From: Phoronis australis
Lineage: Eukaryota; Animalia; Phoronida
Length of the DNA: 64,000 nt
Direction of reading: 5' to 3'
Assembly: GCA_002633005.1 (NCBI GenBank)
Contig: NMRA01000246.1
Coordinates: 301,856 to 365,855, forward strand
The translations under genes were made by a program, and so were the position numbers. Under the pieces are notes generated by a model, which made no database searches, was not told the origin of the DNA, and was given only the letters and a program-made list of their open reading frames with translations. This document shows, piece after piece, positions 1-14,100 of this stretch (the first letter of the stretch is position 1; the number at the start of each line of letters is the position of its first letter).

Positions 1-126
1 GCCAGGGCAGAGTATTAGCTAGGACTTTGCCCGTAAGACATTCGCACCCCCGAACTGCCAAATGGTATTCTGGAGAGTTTTAGGGTGGGGCATGGTCCAC
101 TTGGCCCCCCTAAATCCGTCACTGGT
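1..126 (+). mobile_element. Short GC-rich non-autonomous DNA element (hAT-like MITE), truncated at the window edge
   Basis: gccagggcagagtattagc..cacccccgaactg recurs at ~60299-60357 (+) and ~55660-55710 (-). This copy ends ..aaatccgtcactg. Confidence 0.6.
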
Positions 127-1124
127 ATTAGTCATCTTCCTCTAAGATAACTTAAGATAAACGTGGCAATCGTTTGCAAAAGCCTTTGAATACTCGTGTT
201 TGTTAGAACACTTAACTTCACTAACGCTTCACTTTTTCTGGTACAGTACAAGACTATAATGATCAGACAAAATACTGTTTCCCCATCATGTGGACAAAAT
301 GACTGGTAATGACTGATATGGCGGCAAAGTTCAATAACAAAATGACTTAGTCACGTTAATAACTTTCCTGTTCATTTTCATTCTCGGGAATGACAAAAAG
401 CCGATCTAACGATCGCGGGCAGACTGATTCAGGGTCATTTTGTCATGTTGACGTGGGATTTTTCAAGTTTGGGTACCTCATGTAAAATCTATGGCACTTC
501 TGTCATAAAAACAACATTGGCTCCTGACATTAGAGTTTGCTGCTTGAATTAAGAGTTAAAATAGTTTTTATTATTTTATAGTTTGTTTTTAGTTCAAACG
601 CAATCAATACACACGTCTCCCGTAGCAGCACGTGGTTTGTCAAAGGAGGCAAAGATCGACAAATATAGATTGGAATTATAACGTAAACTCCACGGATTTA
701 TCACGTGACAGGTTGTTTATTCCCTAAATTAATGCTTATAGTTTGGTTGCTGGGTAGTAGTGATCATATTTCAAGGGTCAAGTTAGTGCTAACAACTTAC
801 AGAGGATTTATGACGTCTTTCTTAAAGCCTGATCCCAGAGAAGAATTTTTTGTTCACGACAATTGCCAGGTTTTGAAAAAATTCTAGGGTCTATAATATG
901 TTTGTATTATCACAGTAAACATATGGTTAAAAACCTTTCGCTATCACTATGTATGGTACCCTCACTCACTTCCTTCATAAAGCAATTACATTACATTTGA
1001 ATTGGATTAATCTTGATACATAAGTAAGCTAAAGAAACAATCTAAATTAACTAAAACGACACCAAAATCGTTTTTCGACCTATTAACAGATATTAACGAC
1101 TTTGATATCTAGGTCCCTGTAGTC

Positions 1125-1285
1125 CTCGGGCACCCTCAAAAGCTTGGAGCAAATTTTGAAAACGACTTACAAAGTCTGCTAAACGGACAAGCGTGACTCA
1201 CGCTTTAGCGAGTTCCACGGCAAGAGTAGGGAAAGAGCACTCTCCAAGAACCAAGATATCCATTCAATGACACAGTGTGTACGTG
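1125..1285 (+). repeat. Dispersed repeat family A, copy 1
   Basis: Core agcaaattt.gaaaac..ttacaaa.tctgctaaac.g.caagc is shared with ~19285-19430 (+) and ~23395-23500 (-). Confidence 0.6.
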
Positions 1286-4200
1286 TTTTCAGATGGATCC
1301 TGCTTTTACAGTTCAAGTGAGACGCCAACTTGAAGATGCATTAGCAGGAAACAGAACGAGGATTGGTTGATAAAATCGTTTTGAAGCAGCTGTAAACTGC
1401 CGTCCATCACAAACCGTACATTTTCACTTAACGTTAGGAAATCGGTCTCAAATCGATCCCTGAATACATGTGTGTTACAGAGGCAATGTCAAGACTTCTA
1501 AAGAACTATTAATTCGTTATTGCTCGAGACGAAGCTCCATAAACTGGCTCGTCACAACGATGTGTCATTTTATGCGCCGATTATGGTCTCAAGGGATAAC
1601 TGTGCAGACCCAGAACACATTTCTAGAGGGAAAATTTAATACAGCATTTCGTTTAAATCAAATGCTCGCTTCTTGGAGAATTCAAGAAGCTTCAGCGTAA
1701 TCTATAGCGACACATATATGAGTATTCTTTGCCATGTTCACAAGAGTCTCTATCCAAGCCTGTACGTTTTACATAAAAGCTTGGCACATACTAAGTTATG
1801 CTTGTTTTTATCCCACCAACAATTTAATAAGGTCGTGATTTGTTTGGATTAATTATGAATCAAATCCGCCTTTTAAGACACTTTAATCTGATATGGTTGA
1901 TAACAATCGTCATGAACATTTAAACAGATGTCTGCAATAGACGTTTTACATTGCACGCCCAGAGAAGGAGGAATCTGTGCGTAATTTTTATCATTTTTGT
2001 TTTAACGAAGTGTTTATTTAAATTATTACTAATATCAACATGTACAGTTGATACTAATCGCTGTTTTGATCATTTCTCAGAAAACTGAATCCAACACCTG
2101 CTATATACTGAAAAATCGATACCTCCACCAAGTGATAAAAGTATATTATTCAGGTAAAGCCCTTTATTTTGATGCATAAGATCCCCGCGTTGTTCGCAGT
2201 GGGTGGCATTAGCCTTGATGGTTAGTGACGGTTGCCGATTTAGCAAGTACATGTAGTTTCCAAAGTTGCTCCGAACTTGTTATTATTACTGAAGGTTACA
2301 GAAAACATTATCTACATTGTACTTTCAAAGATGTCATTAAGCTAAATGCACCTAATACTTGATAGCATCCGTTTCAACAATTAATGGATTAGACTTAATA
2401 AAAACGACAAAAATCCAATTCTAGAATCTTTAGAAGCGTTTTTAACAGGCCGCTCTCGAAATGATCCAGTTGGCTCCGAATATGAACATTTATATGATTT
2501 GGGGGCATAGGGCAAACAAATACTACAAGTAGCAATGACGCAATAAGGTTGTGCAGGACCTTATCGATTACTCTGTATTAAAAAACTGAAGATTTTAACT
2601 CAGTAAAAATACATTATGAGTGGACGTCCAGAATTTATGTTTCACTTTATACCTGGTTGCCATTAACAGGGTCACATGACTATGTATTTTGGTAAAACTT
2701 AGAAAGAAAGGTACATCGATGGTAAAACTACGTACGATATATACAATTTCATTTGATGCAAGTGTTCAAGATGGAATCTCAAAAACGCCGTTGCAGCCTT
2801 TCATGCAAAAGTGGAACGCTTTAAAATTACTAACAGCGTTTTCGAGATCTATTCACGCAGCATGTACATGTACATGAACGTGTGATGTAGTATCCAATCA
2901 GCCTTCTGAGATACGCCGTTCCCAAATTTGTCAAATGTGGATATTTTTCTATGACCAACGTGACCTTAAATTTCTTCGAGGGGCTCCCAGTCAATTGAGC
3001 GGGTTCCCAGTTGACACAACTTTCCAACTAACTCCCAGTGTTCTCCCCGTGCCCTTTTCACTCATGACAGCCCCACTTCCCAATTGACACAGCTTTTATT
3101 TGAGTCTGTACGGAGAGGTCCCTTGTAGCCAATGTATTAGGCGAGGACCTTGCATGTACCGCCAGATGTAGCTTATTTAGCACAGGCCAGTTGGCCATCT
3201 TAATCTACGCAGGGGTATTAGAATTTAGATTTTTAACCATCTTTAAATCAAACTGCTCAAAACAGAACCCTCAACTGCTGCCGTGGCTAAGTAGTACCTT
3301 ATACCCTGTTTGCTTGTTCACACATAAATTGTATCCAGTTCTTTATTGTCTGTTTTCCACACACTCATGCTGTTTTGGTTTCAGCGTATACATGTAGTAA
3401 ATATTGCTACGCCGGCAACATGTAGATCACCTTGTTTCGGGTACAGAAGAAACGTAACAGGGTCGACGTGGGAATAAACCAATGGCAAACCCGGGATCTT
3501 TAAACTCTCAATCTAAGTATAATGAAATGGGACGTAGCGCTAACACAACATATAATGATAAAACTCTTTCAAAAACGCCGGCAGCCTAAAAATTAATCAG
3601 TGCGAAGTTTTATCTTAAAAACGTGATAGTTACTCGGCATATTACAAAATTATGCTTGGGTATTGGTGGGGGATTTATCCGTGTTAGAACTATTTGTTTT
3701 TCAGGTTTTATTATAGGCTGAAAATACACGAGAGCAAGGTTAGCGTGCAGTGGGCTGAGAAGTAAGTAATCTTACAACGGTAAGTATTCTAAATCAAAAT
3801 TAGTGTTTTTGTCATGGAAGGCAATAATGTGCGTACTGACGTAGCTGTCAGAAAGTAAAATAGAAATGGCATAATCAGAATACAATTTTTTGACAATCTT
3901 GCATTTGGTCGTCGAATGTCGTTTGGTCAGAGTGTAAGGATTATTTTCAGTCAGGCGTTGACATCATACTCCATTCTCTGGAAGTAAACGACAGATCCGC
4001 TGCGTGGATTTCGGGTGACAAACATAATTCGCAGGCACGGAACATTTTCGGGGCGTCGGCCCAGTTAAGGGCCAGGTATGGAATTTGTACCGCAAGTTTG
4101 GTGTTTGCAGGTCCGAGACTAAGGTTTGCTATCGGCGCTCGAATTTAGAGACGACGTAATTCAATCGTTTTCAATCAATGTAAAAACATGCTTGAAACCA

Positions 4201-5387
4201 TATCCCAACCACGAGCGGCGCTATAAAATTCATGTACTTATCAGCATCATAGTTGACGAAAGGACGATATAATCACGTGGACATTTTTTCTTTCGTTGTG
4301 GTGTTGGTGAAACATTCGTTCATTGGGAATAGGTTCATTTCATGCAACAGGCCTCCGGCCCACATTACAAATACATAATACATAGAGAGTACAAAATCTT
4401 TTAAATCTAAATTGATTCATATCAAGGAACTCATTTCGACGTTTCTCCGCATTAATTAAATATCTAGCAACTTTTCTCAGGACAGTTAAATCATGAGTCT
4501 GTAGAAAAATTCTGAACACTATCTAGTCCACCTTATAGTATCTTGTTAAGAACAGCACGCGTAGATTAGAATATAAATTACATTCGAGAAGAAAGTGTAA
4601 TTCTGTTTCCACTTTCTCTCTGTCACAGCAGGGACATATTCTCTCCACTCTATCAAGTCCACTAAACCTTCCCTGAACAAACATTAAAGAATGCGTCGTC
4701 AATAATCATAAGAGAGTAATTTAAATGTCTTGGATGTGGGTTACCAGGTAAAAGTCCACTGAGATGTAAAGGGTCGGTCGCGTGGAATTTCGAACTGCGC
4801 AATCACTTATCAAAAACAGTGTGTTGGAATGTCATTCGGAGGATAAAAAATTACTTGACTCATATGATCCCTGTACAAAGCACAACGAATTGACCTATCA
4901 CAAGCTCTGCCCCCTTGCGAAATGTCGACAAACAAACAATAAGTTTTACCCGGCAACGTGTTGTTTGTCGGGTAAAGTGGTGGCTTGGAAACGAAGGTGT
5001 GTCATGAGTGCTGCGTTCTGATTGGTCAGTTAAGTCGTCACTCAAAATCCTGGCGATAGGTCAATTACACACGTAACTCAAATAAGTACCGATCGATGTA
5101 CTAATTTTGTCAGACTTACAGGTGATGTTTGTTTCAATGTTTGCTCGTTTCACCACACAGCGTGGTTTCCAAGGAACATCTAAAAGCAATCCACGAACCT
5201 CCGGAATGGGGAGGCGTAAGAGCTTTATTTTGTTGATTGCTGATGGACTTGTCACACAACAGACTCCGTGCGTCGTGCGCATCGCGTATAAAGTAGACTA
5301 AACATTCTCAATAAACGGTGCAATGCTAATAAACATACTGTAAACTAGCCTCCAGGAGGTGCAGAGCAAGTCAACACTGCTTTCCTC

Positions 5388-5935
5388 AACAAGAACACAC
5401 CTGCCAAGACCGTTAACCGGCACTGGCCAGTCGTCCTCTTACAAGTAAGAACATGTATGCCAATTTTCATAATCATCCTAGGAGTGGTTTGCAAGACGCC
5501 AAAACAGACTCAAAAATAACAAAAGCGGCCACTTAGTGACAGGTACTATGCCAAATCCTTCTGAAAACGGAAAGACGTTATCACCTCTTTAAAAGAAATC
5601 TAACTGTATAGTGCTAAATTTCATTAAAATCCGTTGAGGAACACTAAATATAGAGAACACAAGGGAAAGAAGAAAATTGACACTTGGGCGCACAGCACTT
5701 GTTGAATCCTTCCGAAAGACGTAGTTACCTACTGCCACCTTCATAGAAATACACTTTATAGAGATCTTGGAGAGGTTATAGGAGATACAGATGCGTGGAC
5801 AGAAAAACAAAAAACCTGCCATTATGAGGAGCCCCTGTAGTTGGAACCGTCCGAAAATCATTGTCAGCCATTTTCTTCTCAGGAACATACATATTAAGTT
5901 TCATAATCCTCCTTATAGTGGTTTGGCCTATAGAG
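5388..5935 (+). mobile_element. Degenerate satellite-containing non-autonomous element (pearl/HINE-like)
   Basis: Starts aacaagaac. The core tttcataat..cct...agtggtttg repeats at ~5465 and ~5898 and recurs at ~17778-17810. Runs into a (GA)n tract. Family assignment is inferred. Confidence 0.4.
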
Positions 5936-5993
5936 GGAGAGTTAGGGAGAGGGGAGAGAGAGTTAGGGTGAGGGGAGAGAGAGTTAGAGAGAG

Positions 5994-6032
<39 letters not shown>

Positions 6033-6363
6033 NNNNNNNNNNNNNNNNNNNNNNNNNNNNNNNNNNNNNNNNNNNNNNNNNNNNNNNNNNNNNNNNNNNN
6101 NNNNNNNNNNNNNNNNNNNNNNNNNNNNNNNNNNNNNNNNNNNNNNNNNNNNNNNNNNNNNNNNNNNNNNNNNNNNNNNNNNNNNNNNNNNNNNNNNNNN
6201 NNNNNNNNNNNNNNNNNNNNNNNNNNNNNNNNNNNNNNNNNNNNNNNNNNNNNNNNNNNNNNNNNNNNNNNNNNNNNNNNNNNNNNNNNNNNNNNNNNNN
6301 NNNNNNNNNNNNNNNNNNNNNNNNNNNNNNNNNNNNNNGAGGGAGAGAGAGAGAGAGAGAGAG
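5932..6363. repeat. (GA)n microsatellite spanning an assembly gap (N at 6033-6338)
   Basis: Directly visible. The RE/SL-repeat ORFs here are artefacts. Confidence 0.95.
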
Positions 6364-7207
6364 GGTGGGGGGACAAAGAGAGGGAGATTTTTTTATTTAA
6401 TCAGATACACATGCACAATACGAAACAAAGAGTAATATACGTGTACGTGTATGAAACAGCGTATATACAAACAATATACAATAAAGACTGCTACCATATA
6501 TGTACATATTTTTCATCCAAATGGCATCATAGATACTCGATTCACAGCTCCGTGAAGTCACGCGGCCTCACGCAAAACTACGTTTGCAAGACTCATAACT
6601 TCCGGTGTCGAAGGCAAACTTTCGTTTTTATTTCGCGTATTTCATCAAATTTCTTAGTTTGAAACTAATTTGCGGTGTTTCATGCAAAATAAATCGCGTA
6701 TGCCAGACAACAAGTCATATTTTTGCTTCTAACTTGACAAGTTATTGTTGATTCGGCCCGATAATGCGACAATTCAATAAAGATTCAAAGCTTTTGGCCG
6801 AATGTAAAGGTCGAATTAATTGGATAAATCTCTTCATCTGGTCGAATTCGCAGTTGTTCATGATGAATTTTAGTTTTCAGTTTTGATTTTGTACGTCTAC
6901 TACAGTACATGCCTGGCTAGCTCTAGATACCCATCTGCTAACAGTAACAGCGTTGTTTTTTGTTCTGTGACGAATTTGACTTCCCTTCACGTAGGTTACT
7001 ATACGCCAATTGACTCCTTTCGATGTCTACTTTCCAAAAATGTCAGTGCTGCTGTTGTTGTTTTTTTGTTTTTCATCACAAATACGGTGCCGTACCAGGG
7101 TTTATTAGACAAGACACAGACATGGCATCCCGGAATAGTGGTTCGGAGGCATTTGTTTGCCAGTAGTAAATGTAATATATATTAGTGCACATGGTGATGC
7201 TGTTATT

Positions 7208-7480
7208 TCAAGCACTTGTACACTCTGAGGTGCAGTAGCCCTGGTCGTCTTGGAAAGCAATGCGCACCATTGATGAAATTACTCTATGCTGATGTTCAAG
7301 CTATAGGATTCTCTGTATCAATTTTCAAGTAAGACAGATTAAGAGAAAATTTATCAATATGAAGATTGGACACCGGACGGTCGCCGGACGGACACCAGAC
7401 AGACGCCGAACGGACGCCAGGTTTACCGACGGACGGATGGACGGACAGACAGACAGAAATGACGGCATAATGCTCCCACA
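7208..7480 (+). mobile_element. Non-autonomous element end with (GGAC/AGAC)n microsatellite (pearl/HINE-like)
   Basis: ggacgg/acagac tract at 7368-7456 followed by cataatgctccc, a layout typical of such element 3' ends. Family is inferred. Confidence 0.4.
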
Positions 7481-8186
7481 TAATTATAAATATGTGGTAG
7501 CAAAATTGGGAGCGTATCCCTTCAATTCCATTGACTATAGTTGGGTTAGTCTCCTCTGTACTTATCGCAATCATATTTCACAAACGTTTCAGTGACAAAC
7601 CTAGTTAGTTCAATGCATAAATCCACAACCTCTAACTGCTCTAGGCACTCGCATACACTGGCTGGGCGTTATAGTCATAATACGTAAACACATACAGGAG
7701 TAAAGTTGCGCTCTTAGGTTTCGGGACCCGATAATCGAGTTTCGGTGCCCGCCCTTCTGAAGTGAGACTGAAATCGGTTGTCACGGCGGGTTTTCGAATT
7801 GAGTCAATTCACTTACCTCTAACTAAATTCTGGACTTGCAAATACCTAGGTGAGTAGGATTGTTTTCAGGTAGTGTTGATTTTAATAAAAAGTGATGCAA
7901 GCACCAGTTGTCCGTTTTATCAAAGATAATAAAAGACATTGGTGTTGCTTAAAAGTGGTCGTAGTTCACATTCCAGCTGAACGACTGTCCTTCACAAACC
8001 ACCTAAAAGAATCGTTTGTCAATTAAAATCATAAATGAGATACTGAAATCTTAACTAATACCAGGCGAACGACCTTCGATAACACTGAACCCTGAAACGC
8101 GAGAGATTAAGACAGGTTCAAAGATACAGCAATGTTTTGCGATAACCGGTGTATTACCATACACGCAACATTGCTCAGCTCGGCAC

Positions 8187-11100
8187 ATGGCAAATTTTCG
8201 TTGCATTGCTCTCGTTACATGCATTTGTGCAATTCGTTCTGCATGCGGACAGAATGGATTCAATCGCGGTACGTAACCAAATACTTCTGAACCTGGTTTG
8301 TGTCAAGCAGTGCATGTATTGTCAAATAGGCCAATTGATTCCTTCAGATGACGGACGAAAACAGATTATTTTAGGCACAGTTTGTTAGTGTATGCACATT
8401 TCCAATTGGTACTGTTAAATTTAAAGCTCTGATGCCCCTTCATCCTAAAAATGACGTGGCGGAGCGGCTGCTAAGAATGGATTCACTTGTAGGTACCACT
8501 TCATCAAGTGGTGATATCTGTTCTAGCTAGTATACTTTGCAAGACCCTCCTAAAGGCATTATGTTGTCGTTAACAGTGTTTATAATGAAGTTATTCACAA
8601 GTGATTTTATAAAGTTAGAAATCAGAAATTTTTGAAAGAAATAACTTTGGTGAGCTTTTTAGGAAGAAACAGTCTTCGTTTTTAAGTCAGTGTAGCTAAT
8701 GGGTGCCTCTTAAGAACACAATCATAATTTAGACGTGTAGGGGCTCACAGCTGTACGTTGGCCCAAAAATGACATCCTGCGTTTCATCTTTAATTATCTC
8801 AGAACCTGGAGATCCCGACTTAATTATCTTGATATCTTGAAATCCCAACTTAATTATCTCAGAAGATCTCAGGATCTCGAGATCCCGACGTAATTATATC
8901 GGGAACAGTTTAAAAACTGCTACGTAGATGTGTGTGAGTAGTAATGGAAGAGACGATGAAAATCACGTAACGTGACCTGAGGAATCAACAGAACTAAGAC
9001 TTATTACTCCACAACAGATTTACTAGCCTGATGTTAATGCGATCATTTTAACGATACACTTTCTGGTTAAACACTGCAGTACTAATAGTTCTGCTGGCTG
9101 AAAAACAAAAAGGCCTCTTGCTGTTATTAAATCGGTCTCACGTGATAGGCCTTGTTTTCTGTTTCCAAGAATATTCCAATTTGGATGGAGATGAAGCTGT
9201 TAGAGATCTTTTCAACTTAAAGCTGTCTTAAAACAAACTGTAGACACGCTCAGATATCGGTTTGGTATCATTATTAGGGTTAGGCACCTTCGGCGTTTGT
9301 TGTCAAGACTAGGGCTCGCACGTCGTAACAATTATTTACACATTGATGATGTGATTGGTTTCATAGACTGGCAAATATCGATGCCAGGGCAGCAATATGG
9401 TTACAGATTCATGCACTGCAAATGTGTTACTAATGGCTTAGTAACGAAACGAAAAACTGTAAATCTGCTGTCGATCCAGATGGTGTGGCAATGCAACGCG
9501 CCAGAAGACTTTACATACAGAGAAAACTAAGGAAAATTATGTCGGGATCTCGAGATCCTGAGATAATTAAAAAAGAAACAAGGGATATCATCTTCGCGCT
9601 ACCGTACGGCTTAGTGCAAGGTATTTTTATTTGGTCAGGTGTTTGGTAATGTGTCACAATAGCAGACACATCTGAAAAAATAACATTGCAGGCCAACTTG
9701 AAAAACTGTTCAAAGACTACAATTCCAAAATTGACTTCGACAGTGCCTACTGCAAAAGACAAAATGAAAATTATGTGAAGTGTCCTGGCCGAAGCTGCAT
9801 TCTGTGGGGTTCGCTGTGTAATGGAGAAAAAGATTGTTTCAATGGAGAAGATGAGAAACCATGTCGTGAGTGTTTACTGTAACACAGTTCGTTTGCTAAC
9901 TTAACGCAGACTTCACGTTGTAGTGCGCTTGAAGAATCAAAATGATAAGCAAGAGAGCAGCAGACGTGTGTTACATTTTGTTGCAACTGAGTGCTGATTG
10001 TCAAGGGTATCGCACGTAATGTGTGTTGATTGTATGGATTAAAGGTACTCAGAACGGGCTAGAACTGGTTGGAACTTGTACAGATATATAAAAAAAATAT
10101 TTAATGTAATACATTCGATGCCAATAAAACAGGAAAAGGAGTGCTTTCTTTGGCATGGATAAGGAAGACACTTTAAGCACGGGAGCCATGTTTTTATGGA
10201 CATTAAAATGTTAAAATAGATTTTTAACAGTTTTGGGTTCTTATTAGTTCTTGGTAAAGTAATCATATTCATTTTCAGCGTCGAGACCACCAGACTGTGG
10301 CTTTGAATCTCATAACACAACGGGTCTTATCAAGTCACCAAACTTTGACGGTTCTTCTTTCTACCCAACAAACAAAGTTTGCGAATGGGTGGTAAGTGGA
10401 TTGAATGGTCAGAGGGTGACACTCAACTTCACACATTTCGACCTTGAAGACGACATGGATTTTCACAGGTGAATGTAATGAATCACACGAGATATGTTGC
10501 CTTGGTTTACACAAATCTCGATTCCTATTGCTAAGCTTGTATTCAAAACCATGCTCTAGTGCTGGGGAAATGTGCTTCAACTCCATTGGTTATAAGTCTG
10601 CCCGTGCATTTTCCGTGTGATGAACAGTTACATTACAGCCTGTTATTTGTAGATGTTCCTATGACAGAGTGTCAGTGCATGATGGAAGAGACAATGCTGG
10701 TACGGTAAGTGTTTCTGGTAACCTAGTTTCTGCCTGGCAACAAGAGATCCCTGTTTTCAAAAACTGGTATCTCATACAGGCCTAAGACCTCTTAAAAAAG
10801 CACCACGGTCGCCCGTTCTAGTTCTCTTTTTAAAAGAAAGTATCCCTTTTCAGTTGACGGTAATGATTTGAGTACATTCAAAGACAAAATCGTGCTTCTC
10901 AGAGTTCCATGACTTTTTATGCTTACCGTTTTACTGTTTCAAGCATCTTGGAGACTTTTGCGGTTCACGAAGACCTTTGTTGGTGACGTCATTGGGTCAT
11001 AATTTGTACATCCGCTTCGTGTCGGACGAGTTTGGCACAGCAACAGGGTTCACAGCATTCTGGAACATCGGTGGGTAAGACGACACCGTTCTAACTCAGC

Positions 11101-14100
11101 ACTAGATCCATGCCTTATGCTCAACACCACATATAAATGTAGGCAGAGGAGAGCAAGTCAATCGAAACTGATTGTTTCAGTCTAGGCCTAGTTGCAATCA
11201 AAGATAGTTCATGCAAATGCGTAGGTGTCTTTGCTCAAATAATACCTCTACACCGGTACCTCTCGTTTCACCGATGCACACTGCGGTACCATTGCTGAAC
11301 AATAGTTGATGTAGTTTGAAGTATTCCACGACCCATGCCTGTTTCGAGAACAATGCTTAAAGAGCGTTTTGTTGCCTTAATTTAGTAGGCTAACCACTGG
11401 CGACACCTCATTTTTCAGTCGACCCCCCAACTTGTGCTCCATTTGAATTTCGATGCCCTGATGGTCATTGCATCGATTCCAGCTGGTTGTGCGACGGTGA
11501 AGATGACTGCTTAGACAATTCAGATGAAACAAACTGTCCCGGTACGTGGGGAAAGTTTTTTTAGATGTATGTACTGCAAAGGAGCAAAACTGATATCCAT
11601 CAGTCCTGTTTCAATGAAATCACACGTGATGATACCGTGAAGAGAAACGAAAGGAATCTCTGTTTTTTGAGACCTATTAATTCTAGGCACACAAACTCCT
11701 TCAAATCGGATTGATACAATTTGCCAACAGTGCTATAACACTATTTGTGCTTACGATGAAGTTTGTTATTTGTTCTTCAATTAGCCTGTTCTCAATAGAG
11801 ACTTGAAATATTAAGCCCAATGCAAATAGATGGAAATGAAACCAAATCAAAGGTAATTTGTACGATTGTGTAACCTTCTGTTCACAGCTATCCCCGATTC
11901 CGGGTGTGGGAGCCCCAGTGTCCTCAACAAGCCGTCCGGCACCATAACATCTATGGGATATCCCGAAAGGCAATATGAAAACAATGCTAACTGCGAGTGG
12001 ACAATCGCGGTTACTACTGGAAAAGTGAGTAAATAACCCATGTTGTGCATGTCCGCGTGTTTTTTTCTCGATACATGAGCATATAATTCTAGATTTGTTT
12101 TAATCTGTGCATGATAATGACCTGGAAATTTTGAACTGAACATGAACTCCACAATTCATAAATTTTCAAAACCAGAATTAGAAAGTTTGTGATTGGAAAG
12201 ACACCGACGGTGATATACATGCCTAAAATCGGGAGGGGCTGTCACATAATGATAGTCTCTTATGGAAATATGTGTTGTTAATTGTTCTTCGTAGGTCATT
12301 AAACTACGTATAGACGAATTTTCCTTAGAGCCCTCTAAACAACCCATCTGTAACTTAGACTACCTCGCGCTGTATGATGGAGACGTATCCGACGACAAGC
12401 TAATAGGTAAGATCATACTGTGCATGTTAACAGAAACAGAAACATTCTGGGATTGTGACTCCTAAGTTAGATATAACATACGGTAACTCGATCAGAATTT
12501 CACTCATAGGCATACAAGCACACAGTGCAGTGGTGTATGGTGCAGTATGATTACATACCTGTGCAACCAATGGGGTTCAACAGGTGCGAAAGCGTCCTTT
12601 GGCCCCTGCACTTGGGATTTCGCAAATGAACCGCCCGTGGCAGGTCAAGTGCCCCTCAGTCTGAACCGGGACGATGTTGTTTCTGAGTTACTCTAAGAGG
12701 CAACTGCACCTTCTGTTTCAAAATAAAATGAGAACATAATCATAATTTATATGTGTACATGATCAGTCTTAGAGGGTTTTACCCTGAGGTAAAAGAACAT
12801 GGTTTTATGAAAAACAAGTAAGAAGAAAAACAGTCACAAAATGAGTATCTTAAGGAGTCCAGCTTCACAGTTTCAGGAACATGGCCAAAGACCAAAATTT
12901 TAGAAGTACTGCTTTTTTCAATTGAATGTCATTTGTGACTCTCGTTTTCCCGCTACCTTTTCAATTTCTGTCTGAAAACCTCCGTATTCTTTCATGATGG
13001 AATGAAAACTCATTAAACATGCACCAAATTATCAAAAGATCCTACTGAGCTCAAGCATGCGCAGAATGTGTTCACTTCCCTTTCTTGACCAGCTTAGCTA
13101 AAGGAATGACATTACGTGGCGGAGAGTGGGGAAGGGGGTTTGGGCATGTTATGCTGACACTGAAAACATCCGTTTAACCATTGTTAAAAATTTTTTAATT
13201 TTGTGCTTGGTGCCGCGTACATGTACTTCCTTTGTATTGCATAGAAGGAGCAGCTGGGAAAATTATTAATCTTTATTATTATATGGGTGGCCGACGGAAT
13301 AAGATTGATCAATTGTTCACCAAAAAAGTAAAAAATCATAATTGACAATTATTTATTACAGGAAAATTTTGTGATACCCAAATACCCCGTGAACTCATTT
13401 CCACAACCAACAAAATAATACTGAAGTTTCATTCAGATCACTCAGTGACAGACCGAGGATTCAGGATATCATACCACATCGCATTACCAGGTTAATATTT
13501 GAAAGTTTATTGATCCGACCAAAGGACACGTTTGAAAAAGTTTAATGTATAAACAATAAACGATAATTATCGGCAAGTTCCAATTTGTCAATTATAAGAA
13601 CAAGATAGAAAAACTTAAAGTTTTAAAAGTTATAGTAAATGACTATTTTAGAGTAATTGCTAATAATTTTTACATGTAACGAAGTTGCTATTTCANGAAA
13701 ATTATTAATCTTTATTATTATATGGGTGGCCGACGGAACAAGATTGATCAATTGTTCACCAAAAAAGTAAAAAATCATAATTGACAATTATTTATTACAG
13801 GAAAATTTTGTGATACCCAAATACCCCGTGAACTCATTTCCACAACCAACAAAATAATACTGAAGTTTCATTCAGATCATTCAGTGACAGACCGAGGATT
13901 CAGGATATCATACCACATCGCATTACCAGGTTAATATTTGAAAGTTTATTGATCCGACCAAAGGACACGTTTGAAAAAGTTTAATGTATAAACAATAAAC
14001 GATAATTATCGGCAAGTTCCAATTTGTCAATTATAAGAACAAGATAGAAAAACTTAAAGTTTTAAAAGTTATAGTAAATGACTATTTTAGAGTAATTGCT

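Noticed and set aside
1290-1700. Coding-looking stretch with CADPEHI, resembling a His-Me finger nuclease
   Set aside because: Frames are interrupted and the SHLC core is not recoverable; insufficient evidence.
4860-5282. Minus-strand ORFs faintly THAP-like (VCCV..LLRLP..W..VKRAN)
   Set aside because: Second Cys and the CxxHF motif are not convincingly present; too degenerate to call without an HMM.
5791-6435. 214-aa and 130-aa ORFs with RE/SL repeats
   Set aside because: They arise from the (GA)n tract and the N gap.
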